The notes below the pieces were generated by a model, which did not search any database, had not been told where the DNA came from, and worked only from the letters and a program-made list of their open reading frames with translations. A stretch of DNA of 64,000 nucleotides from NCBI GenBank assembly GCA_000165425.1, contig CT868374.1, forward strand, positions 248,001-312,000, in the 5' to 3' direction. The stretch comes from Paramecium tetraurelia. Taxonomy: Eukaryota. The position numbers and the translations under genes were made by a program. The first letter of the stretch is position 1. The number at the start of each line of letters is the position of its first letter. Below, piece after piece: positions 26,598-42,413 of the stretch.

Positions 26598-26619
26598 AAA
26601 AATAAAATAATATAGTAAC

Positions 26620-28890
26620 TCATTTCTTACTTTTCTTCTTTTTTTTTGATTTTTTTTTTTTAGCAAAAGGATCAACTTTCATTCCAAATCCAGGTGGTGG
26701 CAATGAATTTCCTTCAGGATCCTTTAGATTTATTGGATCTGGTATCAACAAAGCATTAACTAATTTTTAAACTGGAACAGCAACTCCTTTTTTAGCCAAT
26801 CTCAATTTTATTTCTTCAATTTCCTAATTTTTAAATATTATATTTACTTTTAATTAATCATAACGAACTTAATCTAAAGGCTGAGCAGCTAATATAGCAG
26901 ATAAAGGTCTCTTTTACTATTGAGTTAAGGTTTGGTTTTTTCCATAGATTGACATACTTTGCTCAGGCATAAGACGATTGGCTTCATCTTCCTCTTATAA
27001 TCCAATGATGTTTCCATGTAACTTCTTGATTTTATTGATATTATGCTTTGATATATTGGATTCAAGTCCTCTATAATCAGTATTATTCATAAATTTTGGT
27101 TCTTTCTAATAACTAGGTAACTTTTCATTTAAATTTCTAGGTTAACAAGTTTAAGGTCTAATTTTCTTTTGTTATCTTCTTTATCCATCATCATCAATCA
27201 ATCCTGTTTATCCATCAATTTCTATATTATTTTCAATAATCTCTTCTTCCTCATCTGATAGATCACTTAAATCATCATCCCATCTTGATTTATTCTTGGT
27301 CAAACTCAATTAATGATTCTTTTGGATCTGCATGATTAATACATATATAAATTACTTTATCGAGTTCCTTGTAATCCTTCTCCTTATTTTGCCTTTCTTT
27401 CATTTCTAACTCTCTGAATCTATTACCATAAGTAGCACTCTCTATCCTCCTATTCATTTCCCTTTCAATTCTAGCTTTATTGGAAGACCATTAATGCATC
27501 ATGGCGACTAATTCTTCATCCTCTCTTTTTTACTACGCTTCTTTATTTCTAAGTTTCTGGTATTTATTTTAAACACTCAATTCATCAGGTTGATTAGAAT
27601 TTTAATACTATTAAAAGCCATCTTTTGTTTCAAAATTTAAGTTTCTGGGTTTCTAATTATTCTCTACTTATTCATCACCCACAAACACTTTAATTTAAGG
27701 TTCTAGTGTTCTTTCTTTCTTCTTAGCTTCCTCTTATTAAATGATTAATTTAGCTTCGTTCTCAGCTTATCTAGCAGCCAAATCTTCCTCATTTAATAAT
27801 GCTTCATCATTATTATCTACTAAATCTCCTTAAATTACTTCTTCATCTATATCATCCACAATAGCTGCAGGTTTAGCAGACTTTATTGGTTTTGGAAATG
27901 TTGATTTCATTTATATTTTACCTGAAGTGTCCACAGCACTTTAAGGTCTTGGGGCTTAAAAATTTTGAATGATTCTTCTTTTGTAATTGCTCAAACGTTG
28001 ATCTGGAGGAGGCATAGAATCATGCTTTGTTCTAAATCCATTTTGATAATCATGCAATTAATCTGAGATAATGTCTCCCGGAAGCAAAGTTCCTTTACTA
28101 TATTGAGATTCTTTCTTTAAAATATTTCAAATAATTAAATACCATTTAGTCAATTCGAATAATACCAGTAACTCCAGAATCAGGTCTATCTGGGTGAGTC
28201 TATTCAATTGTGGTTTCTGCATATCCATCTATCACAGTAGTTGGATATCCAGATTATGGTCTCATACTTTTTATAGTAAGAGCACTTTATGGTCTTTTAG
28301 CTTAAGTCGCACTACTAAATGGTCTCTTAGTTTATCCTGTTGGTGGCCTAGTAGGTCCAGAATCGCTATCAAGTTTACGACTTTAATAATCCACTTTGGT
28401 TATTGTTTCCAAAGCCCAATTGTAACACCTTGTTATGAATTTAGCTTGCAACTCTCTATTACGCGTGAAGAATGATATCTCTCTTATAATACTGGCTAAA
28501 GAACGAAAAAACTATAATCTCCACATTCCATTACGTATTCTAGCATTCCTTTGCTAAGCATTTAAGACCTGATGAACTGAAAACTGTTACTTCTGCATTA
28601 AACATCTCAATCATGGTTATCATACCTTGGTACTCCTCATTACTATCCAAGAATGCTGATTTACACTTATCAACAGTAATTGTTTCATAATAATGCATAG
28701 TTTCCCAAGTATTTACTTTGTAATTTTCCATCATCTATTAATGTGATACTATCCGCTCTTATAGTTATTGAAATTCTTCAAAAGTATAGTCTCCTCTTCC
28801 CTCAAAAGGCAAAACTTCAAACATCAATGGCACATCCTCATCATCATATTTAATGACTGAATGATGAATTAGTTATGATTATTGAAGCAT
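26620..28890 (-). CDS. Hypothetical protein with RPxSA-type repeats, coiled coil and poly-Lys tail (ciliary/microtubule-associated style)
   Basis: MLQQSQLIHH..; RPPTG, RPFSA, RPQSA motifs; ends SLPPPGFGMKVDPFAKKKKSKKKKKSKK*; several introns. Confidence 0.7.
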
Positions 28891-28911
28891 TATTTAATAA
28901 TAATAATAAAA

Positions 28912-30205
28912 TCAGATGAATTTTTTATCTAACTTGTATTTTATCTAATCTTTCTCTCTAGTATTTGAAGACTGCTAATTTTGTTCTCTCTAATTTGCAA
29001 CTACTAATTATTATGAATTTTACTCTTATTATAAGGTGTAGACTTATTTAGTGATTCAAAAAATAACTCTCTATTTGATGGCTTGTAAGTGCTATATAAC
29101 TATTTTCTTAACTCGTCAACTCTATTTGTTTCTGGAGTCTTTCTTCGTTCCTATAAAAATCTCTAATTGTCAGATAAAACCCCTTATTAATTATTTCTTT
29201 GGTTTATTAACTAAAATGGCTGTTTTTTTGGATTTCCTAATTCTGAAGCCTTAAAACTTTGAATCTATTTTTATGGAGAACTCTGCTTTTGTTGTTTATA
29301 ATTAAATAAAATATCCTTGCTTGTTTCCTCAACTATTGTTTTGATTAATGAATACCTTTTGGTTTGATGTAGTTAAAGTTTAATTTAGGCGAAACGTCTC
29401 TTCTAATGAATGTATTAGGATAATCCTTATATTGTTCCCTATTTTTTAAAATAGATACTCCATCTCCTATTCTGCTCTTATTGTTTATCTTATATTATTC
29501 CAATTCCATTCTCAGTTTACCAATATCAAATTTTGAATTGTTGTTCACATATGGCTGAAATTTTTATGATTGAATTTTGGTTAAGTTTTTATCATTTTAA
29601 ATATCAAGTGAAGTTAATGGACGATAATTTGAAATGTAATCACTAGCATTTTTGGATAATTTAGGCTAAACATTATTTTTAGGGCTAAAAAATGAATGCT
29701 ATTATTAATTGGTATGCATCCATGTTCTATCTCCATCTAAAAGACTTTGTTTTTTTGAAAAAATAGTTGGACTTTATTATCTTTTTTACAATTCTACTAT
29801 TTCATTCAAATAAAACTTTCGTTTTTAAGAATGTTCTTGGTCGTGCATTGATGAGTATTATTATTTAGGAAGATACTAAAATGAATTCACTTGTTATTGA
29901 AGATCATTTGAAGGAAAACGTTTAGATTTATCACCTTTATCGTAATTCAAAAAGGAAGGTATTTTGCTCAATTAATTATTAGTGAATGACTTATATTCAT
30001 CAGGTGATCTCTATGGTAATGGCCTTTAGTAATATGAGTTATAATATCTTCCCAATCCACTATCAGTAGATTTACGTTCTGCAGATGTTTGACGTTCATA
30101 AATATTAAAATTGAACTGTTTTTTCATATCAAGAGAATTTGAGTCTAACTAGTAATTTGAATTTTAATTTTTAAACATCAGTCGATCTTCACGTCTTTTG
30201 GACAT
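28912..30205 (-). CDS. Hypothetical S/Q/N-rich protein
   Basis: Long code-6 ORF, MSKRREDRLMF..DKKFI*. Confidence 0.6.
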
Positions 30206-30540
30206 AATGCTGTTAAATTAATTAAAAATATAATTTATAATATATTGGATTATTTTTTATACCTTATAATCTAGTTTTAAGCAACCACTTAATTTGATTT
30301 CTTAGGTTCTTCCTAGGGTGTATTTCTGCGCATAGCAAAGGTTTAATTATCAGTTAATTTAGAAAACGAGACAGATGAATCAACATGATTGTTGAAGTAG
30401 AAATTTATAATGAATTCACTTAATATTAGCAATAATTCTAAATATATATGTTACTCTTAAATATATCTGTTAGTTATTAATTAAGTTTTATACAACTTCC
30501 TCAGTTTTTATTAAGTTAAGGTTTATAATAAATTCAACTA

Positions 30541-31749
30541 TCAGATTGATTAATTTGATGTTATTGAGGATCTTTGTAGTCATCCCAACCAAGAGGTTTG
30601 ATATCCTCATCTTGATCTAACCATTTGATACGTCTACCTCCTTCCCACAATCCCAATTAACTCTTTCCATTAGGCAATGTGTATCGACCCTTTCCAGCCT
30701 ACTTCCCATTAATCCAATATCCCTCATATCCTTGAATAAATTTATTGATAAATACTTCGCCCATCTGGCCAAATGTAGACTCCATAACCCTACTTTTTAT
30801 CATTCTAGTATTCTCCATTATATTATCTTCCGTCTTGCCAAATATAAATACCTCTACCATTCGTTTGACTATTTCTCCACACGCCCTCATATTTCTAAAT
30901 TGAATATTAAATTTTACTCTACCATCAGCCCAATAATGAACTCCAAATCCATTCATCATATTGCCTTCCCAATTTCCTATATATATAGACCCATCATTCC
31001 AAAAACATTTTCCAAAGCCATATTTCTTTCCATAGCTAAAATTTCCCTCATATCTAGAATGATCGAGCCAAACTTCAATTCCATACCCATGAGGTTGATC
31101 ATTGAACCATTCTCCTTCATATTTAGCCCCATTAGCGTGAAGATATATTCCTTTACCACAAGCTTTATTTTCTTTCCATTACCCTTCATAATAATCACCT
31201 CCTAAATGCCAGAACTTTCCCTTTCCATCAACTTTATTATTCTTCCATTCTCCCTCATACTTAGCACCGTCTACCCAAAGTTGAACTCCATACCCATCTC
31301 TTTATTAGCCTACCCATTCGCCTTCATAAGATGCTCCACTTTTAAATATATATTTGTTCCTTTTTTCTCTCTATTTACAGTTTGATCTTTTTCCCAAGGT
31401 TTCTAAAATATCCTCTTGATTTCTGAGTGCCATTTAATTTTTCTTTCTCAAACTACCACTGTTAGACTCTAACTATTAAATGTAAAATTTACAAGAAGTT
31501 AAATTTATCTCAATTTTCTTTTCTGTCTATGACTAATCTTGAATTTCATGTTCATATTAATCTTAAATTGGTTAATTCTCTTCCTTTTATTCTTCTTTCA
31601 ACATATTGTCTTAGTAATCCTCTTCCTCGCAATTCTACTAATTATTCGAATCATGATGTATTGTTTATTAATAACAATTCTACTAATTAATCGAATTTCG
31701 ATCTATTCCTTATTAACAACTCTAACTAATTCGAGCATTGGCTTCCCAT
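30541..31749 (-). CDS. MORN-repeat protein with N-terminal MG/Cys lipidation signature; apparent +1 insertion near codon 9
   Basis: Many Y[E]G[EQ]W..G..[HD]G.G repeats (GASYEGEW, GAKYEGEW, GDYYEGQW); MGSQCS start; the Q-rich frame requires removing one base at ~31724. Confidence 0.85.
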
Positions 31750-32198
31750 TTTCTAAACTAAAAATTCGATCATTGGGTTTACATTTACTAAATAAATTAT
31801 ATCTAAGGTCAAAGTGTAAAATTATCGACTGAAATCAATAATTAATTTTAATTTTTCTTGTAAAAATTCATGGATTTAAGGAGAAATATGAAATTAAAAA
31901 TTAATGTAACTTAATTATTTTAATGTCTAAGAAAGTATGTCATTTACCAGCTGAGTCTTTTTTCAGATGTCTTTTTTGACTAAATTTTCATTTTTAGGAT
32001 TTGCATATTCATGAAACTGAAATCTTCCCAACTTAATTGATGCATTAACCTTGTCTTAATCGAACTCTTCAATCGAAAATTTTTGAGAGAACTTTTATTT
32101 ATAATTCTCGGAAATTATAATTCCTCTGGTTTTATTTCGATACTAACATTAGAGATGCGAAAATTATAATGTTATCTGCTTTATAGAATATATAAAAA

Positions 32199-32520
32199 TC
32201 ATGAACATGGTTTATAGGGAGTGTGACCAACTACTTTTCCACAATAGCTGCATTGATGATAAACGTCTTTGCAATCTCCAGATAATAAAGGTATGAAACA
32301 TAGACAACCAAAGAATAGACATAATAATAAGGAAACCCAATATGTATTATTGCCTGGTTTATATGTAATTGTAGTAACTGAATGTTAATTACAAAAACAA
32401 CATTAAAGTAATACAGGAGTTCTAGATCCAGATGCATTTTATACTACTTAAGGAGTCTATAATATTATTATTTATATCATACATATGGAATATAAAGGAC
32501 TTTGAATTACTATTCCTGTT

Positions 32521-32559
<39 letters not shown>

Positions 32560-32770
32560 TAATTATATGGATATTATTATTAATCTGCTTAAATATTCAA
32601 TGGTTGATAAGGATTAATAAAATATGGTTATTAATTAATTTATTATTATTATTAAGTTTATTAAACTTAAGGAGCATAATATTGAATTTATTTGATTATT
32701 ATTCTGCAGGTAATAATGGTACATTGTATGCTACATAGTCTTAAGCTGGTTTCGCATTTTAAATATCCAT
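32199..32770 (-). CDS. LITAF-domain protein, inverted copy of 43328-43871; frameshifted as assembled
   Basis: RTPVLLQCCFC..PGNNTYWVSLLLCLFFGCLCFIP..CKDVYHQCSYC; three extra bases relative to the 43 kb copy (~32686, ~32688, ~32495). Confidence 0.8.
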
Positions 32771-32860
32771 TTTCTGTATTCTTTATTTATTATTATTACT
32801 TTAACTCAAATTAACTATTTATATACCAAAATATATTCTATGTTGTTTATAATATATCTA

Positions 32861-32891
<31 letters not shown>

Positions 32892-32922
32892 TTATATTTA
32901 TTTTATTTAATTATTTCTTATT

Positions 32923-34817
<1,895 letters not shown>

Positions 34818-34885
34818 AATTCTTATGCTCTATTCTTTTTTATTAAAACCATCCATATCCTACTTTTGCTTTTAAATGCATTTTT

Positions 34886-34900
34886 AGAACTTTCTCGAAA
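34886..34900. promoter_or_regulatory. Heat-shock element (GAAnnTTCnnGAA)
   Basis: aGAActTTCtcGAAa, ~70 bp upstream of the HSP70 ATG. Confidence 0.8.
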
Positions 34901-34930
34901 AATCTTTTTTTCATTTAATTTAAATTTCGT

Positions 34931-34945
34931 TTTCTAGAACTTTCT
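34931..34945. promoter_or_regulatory. Heat-shock element (TTCnnGAAnnTTC)
   Basis: tTTCtaGAActTTCt, ~115 bp upstream of the HSP70 ATG. Confidence 0.8.
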
Positions 34946-35754
34946 ATATTTTTAAATATAAATTCAATTAATTTTTAATACCATTAAATTTTTATTTATC
35001 CATTTAACTTTAATATAAACTTTTCTATTATTAATTAGATACTTAACATTAGGAATTTCAAGTTGATATTTGAAAATAATTACATTCGCTGATTTTTGAC
35101 AATTAAATTTTTTTTCATTAAATTTATGGAATATAAACATTATTTTTTCATATAAAACATTGCTCCACCAAGATTTGAAAATGAAGAGAAGATGATTAAA
35201 TATCAATTTTATTTAATAAATAATCAAAGATGACATTTTTTAATTTATACTGATATATATTAAAAAACTTTTAAATTCTCTTCTTTCACACTGATTTATC
35301 ACAACTCTTGAGTGATAAAATATCGTTATTATGGAATATCAAAATTGAATAATTTAATATTCTGAGCAAAAAATGTCATTTTAATTCATAAAACATTCTA
35401 TAGTAGAATTATTAAATATTTAATTTTCTTTTGCCAAACTTTTTAGCTTATTCAATCTCTAATACTATTTCTCAATTAACCACAGCATCTTATAATAGTT
35501 TAATTATAATTTTCATGAGCTACATAATCAAATATTTAAATAAAAGTCTTAAAACCATGAAATTTTGGGTATAAAGCTGACTATAAATATTGAAGAATTT
35601 GTGTTATATAATTAATGATCCATAAAAGGAATAGAAATTTTTAAAATTAATATTTTCTCTAGCATGGTCAGAATTATATGAATATTTCTTTAATTAATAT
35701 ATATTGAAATAACAAAAATATTAGAAATGTTAAAATAATTATAATTTACAGTGA

Positions 35755-36456
35755 ATGACTTTCGATTATTAAGTAGAAATGCGAGTTTTGAATTCTAAAG
35801 GAACTAATTCGTGTAAATTACTAATTAAAACTGAAATTGATCATTTTACTTCTGCTTCAGCAAACGCCAATAGTAGCTAGGCAGAGGAAAAAATTAACTT
35901 CAGAAATGAAATGCATTCATCAGATTCTGGAAATAATTTACAAGAAACAATTAATAATTCTACTAGCACTTGCATAAATGAAAAAGAAGATTGCAAAAAG
36001 TGTAAAAAATTTTAAAAAGAGCTGAAAAAACAAATCAAATAATAAAACATTAGAGAAACTAATATTTATTATGAATAATTACAGAATGAATTATATAGAA
36101 AAGCTTTATTAAGGTTGAAAGAGGGAGATCAATCTATTAAATAAAGGATTATTACAGCATACAGAAGTATGGAAACTAAAGTTAATGATTCAGCCTTGAA
36201 ATATGCTTAAAGGCATTGCCAAAAATATGGCATAAATGATGTAAATCCGATTGTTATAGTATACAAAATACTGCTTCTCCCAGAAGAAGTTCTAAAAAAA
36301 TTTGTTTAAGCAGAAGATAAAGCGATATTAAGATAAGAATATAAGTTTTATTCTTTAAATATACATCCTGATAAAAATAAACATTAGAAAGCATTATTTG
36401 CCTTTTAAAAGATGAAAACATATTGGAATGATATTCCTAACTAGTCTCATCATTGA
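35755..36456 (+). CDS. Protein with C-terminal J-domain-like region (HPD motif)
   Basis: Intronless code-6 ORF ending LRQEYKFYSLNIHPDKNKHQKALFAFQKMKTYW. Confidence 0.75.
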
Positions 36457-36494
36457 TTAATTTGTACTTAATTTTTATAAAAATAACTTATTTA

Positions 36495-37504
36495 ATGAAT
36501 GCAGACGAGATCACTTTCGTAAGCATATTCTTTACAAATTTTAGGCTAATAACTATTCTGAAACAATATTTTAGGATAGATAATTAAGATTTGCATATCA
36601 TTCGCCAATAAGATCATAATCTCAATTTTGTGTTTAAAAGAGCAAATCTCAATATATACCTAATGTATCTAATGTAACAAGAGTAAGAATTATGAGCAAA
36701 CTTGAAATGTTAGATTCCCTAAATAAGGTGCAAACAGCAAAATTATGTAAGTGAGATTTCGTTAAATTTGAGCTCAAAAATGATCCTCATATGAATCCAT
36801 AAAAATCAAACAAAGCAGATATCCTTTCGAAGGTTGCTTAATTAGTCAAGAAATTATAACATAGAGAATTACCCCATAAAATGATAGAAGCAACTGTTTT
36901 ATCTCGTAAAACATCGATTCCAAAAAATACAAAATTGCTTCTTTAATAGGAACATATTGTGAAATAAATTACTATAACTCAAAGGGCTAAAGGAAAATAA
37001 TAGACCCAAAGCCAGTGTTAATCACATCATGAATTATACAATGTGGAATTATTAAGAAGAAGCCCTGAATAAAAAGACTAGAAAACAGAAGATAATAGCG
37101 AATACAAACTTGTACAATAAAAGCTCCCTTAAATTAAATCTTAAAAAGGATTCTCAAGAAGTAATAAAAATATCGGTCCAATTTAAAAAAATGTAATTGT
37201 TAGCTATTAAACAGCAACTAATAATAGCATGACATAATTGAGTAATATATAAAATTCATCAAATCAATAATAAGATACTAAACCTGTTATCAAAGTCAAT
37301 AATTATAATAATGTTGCTAACTTACTTTAAACTAGCACTTTGGTAAGTAAATAACCTAATTCAGTGGAAACCGAAAAAAAAACTGCAGCACTCATCTCAC
37401 AATTATAAATACTACAATAAAAACAATCAGCAAAAAGATTGCCAATACCTGATTCGAGTAATTTATCTCTAAGTGGATGGACAGATCGATCCCCTATAAA
37501 TTGA
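36495..37504 (+). CDS. Hypothetical Q/N/K-rich protein
   Basis: MNADEITF|intron|ANNYSE..LSLSGWTDRSPIN*. Confidence 0.6.
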
Positions 37505-37642
37505 TATCAATTTTGAAAATTTGTAAAAACTGTAATTGTTAAAAACTATAGATTTTTAAAAGAAATATTCAATAGCAATAATAGAAAACTATATTTCTAA
37601 TTTTCATTTAAATCAGTTTTTAATTATTTTATTTTAATAAAA

Positions 37643-38795
37643 ATGTTTACAGAATATTTTTGAAGTTAAGAGAGATGAGGCAGAAATGGATGATAAGCTA
37701 TTGGAAAAGATTCATAAAATTATAGTAGAGAACTGATATCAATTCTTTTCAGCTAATTATATAAATATATATAATAAAAAAAATAATTCAAATTAATGAA
37801 AATATAACATGATACTTGATAATATTGAATTAAAGCGTAAAAAAATATTGAAGGCTTACGATAACCATACTACATTTCTTAAGATGATCAGGTTCCATAA
37901 AGAGAGTTGATGCTTCATTATTTAGTTAATAAAAAACAAAGAAAAATTAAAAGTGAAGTTCAATCTAATGGTTTTGAAGGTTCAGAAGAAAATTGTTTGA
38001 CATAACAAATAATTCTTAATAGGAGAGTATGACTTATTTTCCATATATGACTAATCCATTATCCTGAATGTAATTTTCAAAATAAATATAATTATTTATA
38101 TAATGTAACCAAAGAAAAAGGGTTCATTTTTTGACTCTATCAAATAATTTTTTAATGATGCCCCAATTGATGAGATAATCTACAATGAAGCAAATTCTAC
38201 AATACCCACAGAAATTAAGCAATCAAAGTAAAGTTCATAGCAAAGTACGAAAGAAAGATCTAGTGATCCTAATGTTTTTAAAATTGGGAATGAAGATGAA
38301 GCCAATTAAATTTATAATGATGAAGAAGAGGATTAGGAATCACAAGCAATAGGTGAAATGCAAAAAGAGTACAAAATATTAATCCTTTATAATTTTAAAT
38401 AAGTTGGTAAACCATTGGATTCTGGGTATTAGAAAAAATAAATCATCAATTTTCCTCCAGGTAGTACATTTAGAGTAATAAAACCAATTAAAACTCATAA
38501 ATCATTAATGGATTATTTATCTTCCGAAACTGAAAGGTATTTGGCTTTGGATGGAGGTTGGATTTACTTTTTTTAGTTAATTAGTAAAGATAATTATTTA
38601 GTAAGTTCTGCAAATTCTTTAAATAATTTATTCTAAATATTAATTAAGAAAAATGAAACAAAGCCTACATTTCGATTAATTTTTACTACAAAATAAATCA
38701 AAAGATTTTATTTAGTTAACACAGAATAACAAGATTTACTATTTCTAAAACTAAAAACTGAATGTTAGAAGCATGGAAAATCATTTAATTATTGA
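37643..38795 (+). pseudogene. Disrupted gene or pseudogene; 3' ~230 codons intact (possible PH-like C-terminus)
   Basis: Open frame ~38000-38795 (acidic linker, ERYLALDGGWIYFF); the 5' part has coding-like fragments broken by TGA and frameshifts. Confidence 0.4.
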
Positions 38796-39231
38796 ATAAA
38801 TAAAATATAATGAATAATAGATATTAAAATATTGACTTAAGCTACATATTCAATAAAGCAAATATGAAATTACTTTGGTTTTAGCAATAATGTTAATGCA
38901 AAATACAAGCATTTTCATGAAATAATAAATTATTTTTAATTTAACCTGAGTTCTCTGCTTTATGTGATTTCTATATTGCTAACTTTAGATACAAAAATAT
39001 CATTGTATTCTAAATTAATTATTATTAATGGATGAAATCTGAGAAAGTCGTTTATAATATTAATTGTAATTTTAGGTCTTTTCTAAATAGAGTTTATTGT
39101 ATTACATTTTTTTTTATATTATTAAGAATAATAAATCATATTTTTAACATATAATTAAGAATAATAAATTATATTTTTAATGAATAAATTAATAAAAAAA
39201 GAAAAAACTAATAATAAATTTTTGTTTGTTA

Positions 39232-40539
39232 ATGAATAATTTAGATTAATCAATTTAATCGGAATTCGATCAGTTCAAAGCACAATGTTAATAATAGGAG
39301 ATGGTCATCAATAATCCTGAATCAAAATCCTTTTAAGATAAATCTTAGTAGTAATAGCAGAATTCATCAATACAATATTAATCTGATTAACAATTATAAT
39401 CATATTAATAGAGCGTCATCCAATTTTAGGATTAACCTTAAGTAGAAATATTTGAGACTTCTTTAAATGAGACAGAACAATATCTAAATATCAGTTTTCA
39501 GGATATCATTCAACTTCTATTTAATAATTAATGCCCTTAGTTGATTAACGAACTTAAAAGAGTGATTTAAAGAAGTTGCATAGTCTTAAATGTGTTTACT
39601 ATTCTAAATTTAATCTTCTTAATCAATGAAGTTGTAGCTTTGTATTTTTCATTAATTACAAAGGATGAAATAAAAGAGTTATTTGGAGTTTATTTTGGAT
39701 TCAATCTAATATCAGATTGTCTGATGATATATATTAATTGCTAATTAAGGTATACAATAAATGAAGCCGAACAAATAAATAATGGTGACATTACTCATCC
39801 AATTATTGAATACTTAAAATACACTATATCATAAAACAGTCCATTCTCAAACATCATGGGAGATGATGAATAGGATCTTTCAGCATACTAAGTAGCATCA
39901 AGAATATCTGGGTCAATTACAACGACAAAATGGATTTCTTATTTACTTGAAAGTTAAAATTCTTAAATATTTGTACTGACTAGAGTATGTGTATTGGTAA
40001 AGATTATTTTATTTGCTTGGGGAAACATAACAATATTGCAATGGGGATTTCTAAGTTGGGATAATTAGATGAATAGCAGGGACTATTACCAATCTATACT
40101 TATAGTCTTGACTTTATTTTCAATGTTGATGGGCTACATAATTTTAATTTTAATCATCAGTGTATTGTTAATAATAAGTGCCATAATTCCAATATTAATG
40201 TGGATAGCTATTTGCTAATCATGCTGTTGGTGCACTGATCTTTATGATGAATACAAACAACATAGAATAGAATAATAAAGGCAAGGGTTTTTATCAAATT
40301 TAGGTTCATAAAAATTCTAAGATTTAAAGGAGTAGGATACAAATATGCATGAAGAGTGTTCCATCTGTTTATAGGCCTACCAAATTGATGATAAATGCAT
40401 CAAATTACCTTGTAATGTTGATGGTGGAACTAAGAAAATCAATCACATTTTTCATGATGAATGTATAAGAATTTGGATACAAGAACAGGGTTCTTGTCCG
40501 ATTTGCAGAACTATATTTATAGAAAGACTTTAAAATTGA
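39232..40539 (+). CDS. Multi-pass membrane RING-H2 E3 ubiquitin ligase
   Basis: Several hydrophobic segments, then ECSICLQAY..KLPC..HIFHDECIRIWIQEQGSCPICR. Confidence 0.9.
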
Positions 40540-40613
40540 TAAATTTTCTTTTATTATTATTGATTATTCTTACTTTAATTAATAATTTTAGTTTTATAGC
40601 AGTTAAACCTTCA

Positions 40614-41354
40614 ATGTCTCTAAATACAACGATGCCATATTATCGTAATACATCAAGAGAAATCAAAACCGTCAGGAAATTATACAAGCTGAAGCAATTA
40701 AAAGTGCCAGAATATTAAGTCGAGATAAAGTAAAAGTAAAACAAAATACATCATTTGGGGATTGTAAAATTATATGCTTAATTATAAGTAAATCGAAGTA
40801 AAAGAAAAAGCAACAACTCATTTTATGATAATCGAAATGTTTCTTAGAATGAAAATACAAATATACTGTAGAGCTATTTAGCAAATGCATTCTAAGAGAA
40901 AAAAGAGAATTTGTAAAAAATATAGATGCAAGAAATCGCTAATAAAAATAAATTAGAAGAGAATAAATAAAAAGAGATTAAATATTTAATGCGAATTGCA
41001 GCCTTGGAAAAGGAATCATCAAAATTAACTGAAATGGTATCAAAATTAAAGAAAGAAAATTCATCACTAAAATAATCAAGTAATGCAGAATCTATAATCT
41101 TGTAATTATAGGAAGCTTTAAATTAATAAAGAGTTGAAAATCAATTACTTAAAAAATAAATAACCAACCTCTAAAATACTCATAATAGTTTTAATAATAG
41201 TATGCAAAAGAGATCAGAGGTTTAAAAGAGTATTACACTGAATACAACAAACACAGTTAATACAGCAAATACAACAACTAATACTTTTAATGATATTGTA
41301 AAATCTAAAGAGTATGTACCCAGTTATTTACTTGCTTTAAGTTTAGCTGAATGA
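40614..41354 (+). CDS. Hypothetical coiled-coil protein
   Basis: ..MRIAALEKESSKLTEMVSKLKKENSSLK..YVPSYLLALSLAE*; 5' structure approximate. Confidence 0.55.
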
Positions 41355-41952
41355 ATTAATATTGATAGTAATTTTATATTCTTATTTCAAATATCTCTCG
41401 CTTTATAATAATTGATAACATTTTTTTTAATTTATTTAGAATAATTGCAATTTATGTTCTTGATTTTATGAATAAAAATTACTTATTCTTTTTTTAGAAT
41501 TAGAAATGTAAACAAACTGACAATGGCAGCTCTTCAGATATTAAATAAAGCTTTTTGTATGATAGTTTTCATATATATATGATGATATATATTAATATAT
41601 AGAGGAAACCTGTATCTCTTTAATTATGGTTACTAATAAACTGGTAATAGAACAAAGGAACAACCAATAACAATTTTATCACCATTTAAAGAATTTAAGA
41701 AATAGATCTTTAACAATAACCAAATTATTGATTTCTAAAATATTTTAAATAATTAATTAATTTAAGGTTTACTTTTTATTAAAAGGAGTCAATTAATTAT
41801 ATATTTTATCACATTAATATTGTCAAGTGGAGTCTTGTTTATAATTTCGATAAAATGATCATAATTATAAGATTAGTGCTCAAAATAATAATTATACTGA
41901 TCCTCCTAATTCCACTATTCAAAACAATATTAATTAATCACCAAAGATTATG

Positions 41953-42413
41953 TCATTTATAATTTTATTAATGCTTATGTTGGTCATCTTGTTCTATTTT
42001 AACTGAGAATTAATCATCCGCTTCTATAATCATATTATCCCAGGCTACCTATTCTTATTCTTATTCAACTTCTTTTTCTTATTTCTACTCTTTAGCAAAT
42101 TGTTTTTTATGTTATTGAATGAATTTATATAGTCGACCCATCTTTTGATTCAAAAATCTGTCAATCTAGATGGATTTAGAGATATTTCTATTAGAAAAAA
42201 TAAAGCAATACTTAAAGGTTTTATGATACATTTAAAGAGTTCTTAATGGAATTCCAACCTTCAAAGCTGCTTAATTACAATTTGGGTACACAATATTACC
42301 ATTAATCTCATAATATCCATTTTCAAACAAGTCCCTCCATTATTAAACTGCATGCCAAGCGTCTTTAACATATCTCACTTTTCTTTATCTTATTTAGTGA
42401 TAGGTTTCGTCAT
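41953..42413 (-). CDS. Ciliate-type small HTH-like protein
   Basis: RYVKDAWHAVQQWRDLFENG..QAALKVGIPLRTLQMY..KMGRLYKFI resembles an expanded ciliate HTH-like family; one intron; 3' end uncertain. Confidence 0.55.

Noticed and set aside
31750..32180. Possible N-terminal extension of the MORN gene up to the duplication breakpoint
   Set aside because: In-frame TGA at 31963-31965.
32231..32437. Duplicated ORF MHLDLELL.. (also 43633-43839)
   Set aside because: Wrong frame; the conserved LITAF domain is in another frame. Useful only as a marker of the duplication.
32526..32560. (TTA)n microsatellite and poly-L/poly-I ORFs
   Set aside because: Poly-Gln (TAA)n tract of the minus-strand LITAF gene.
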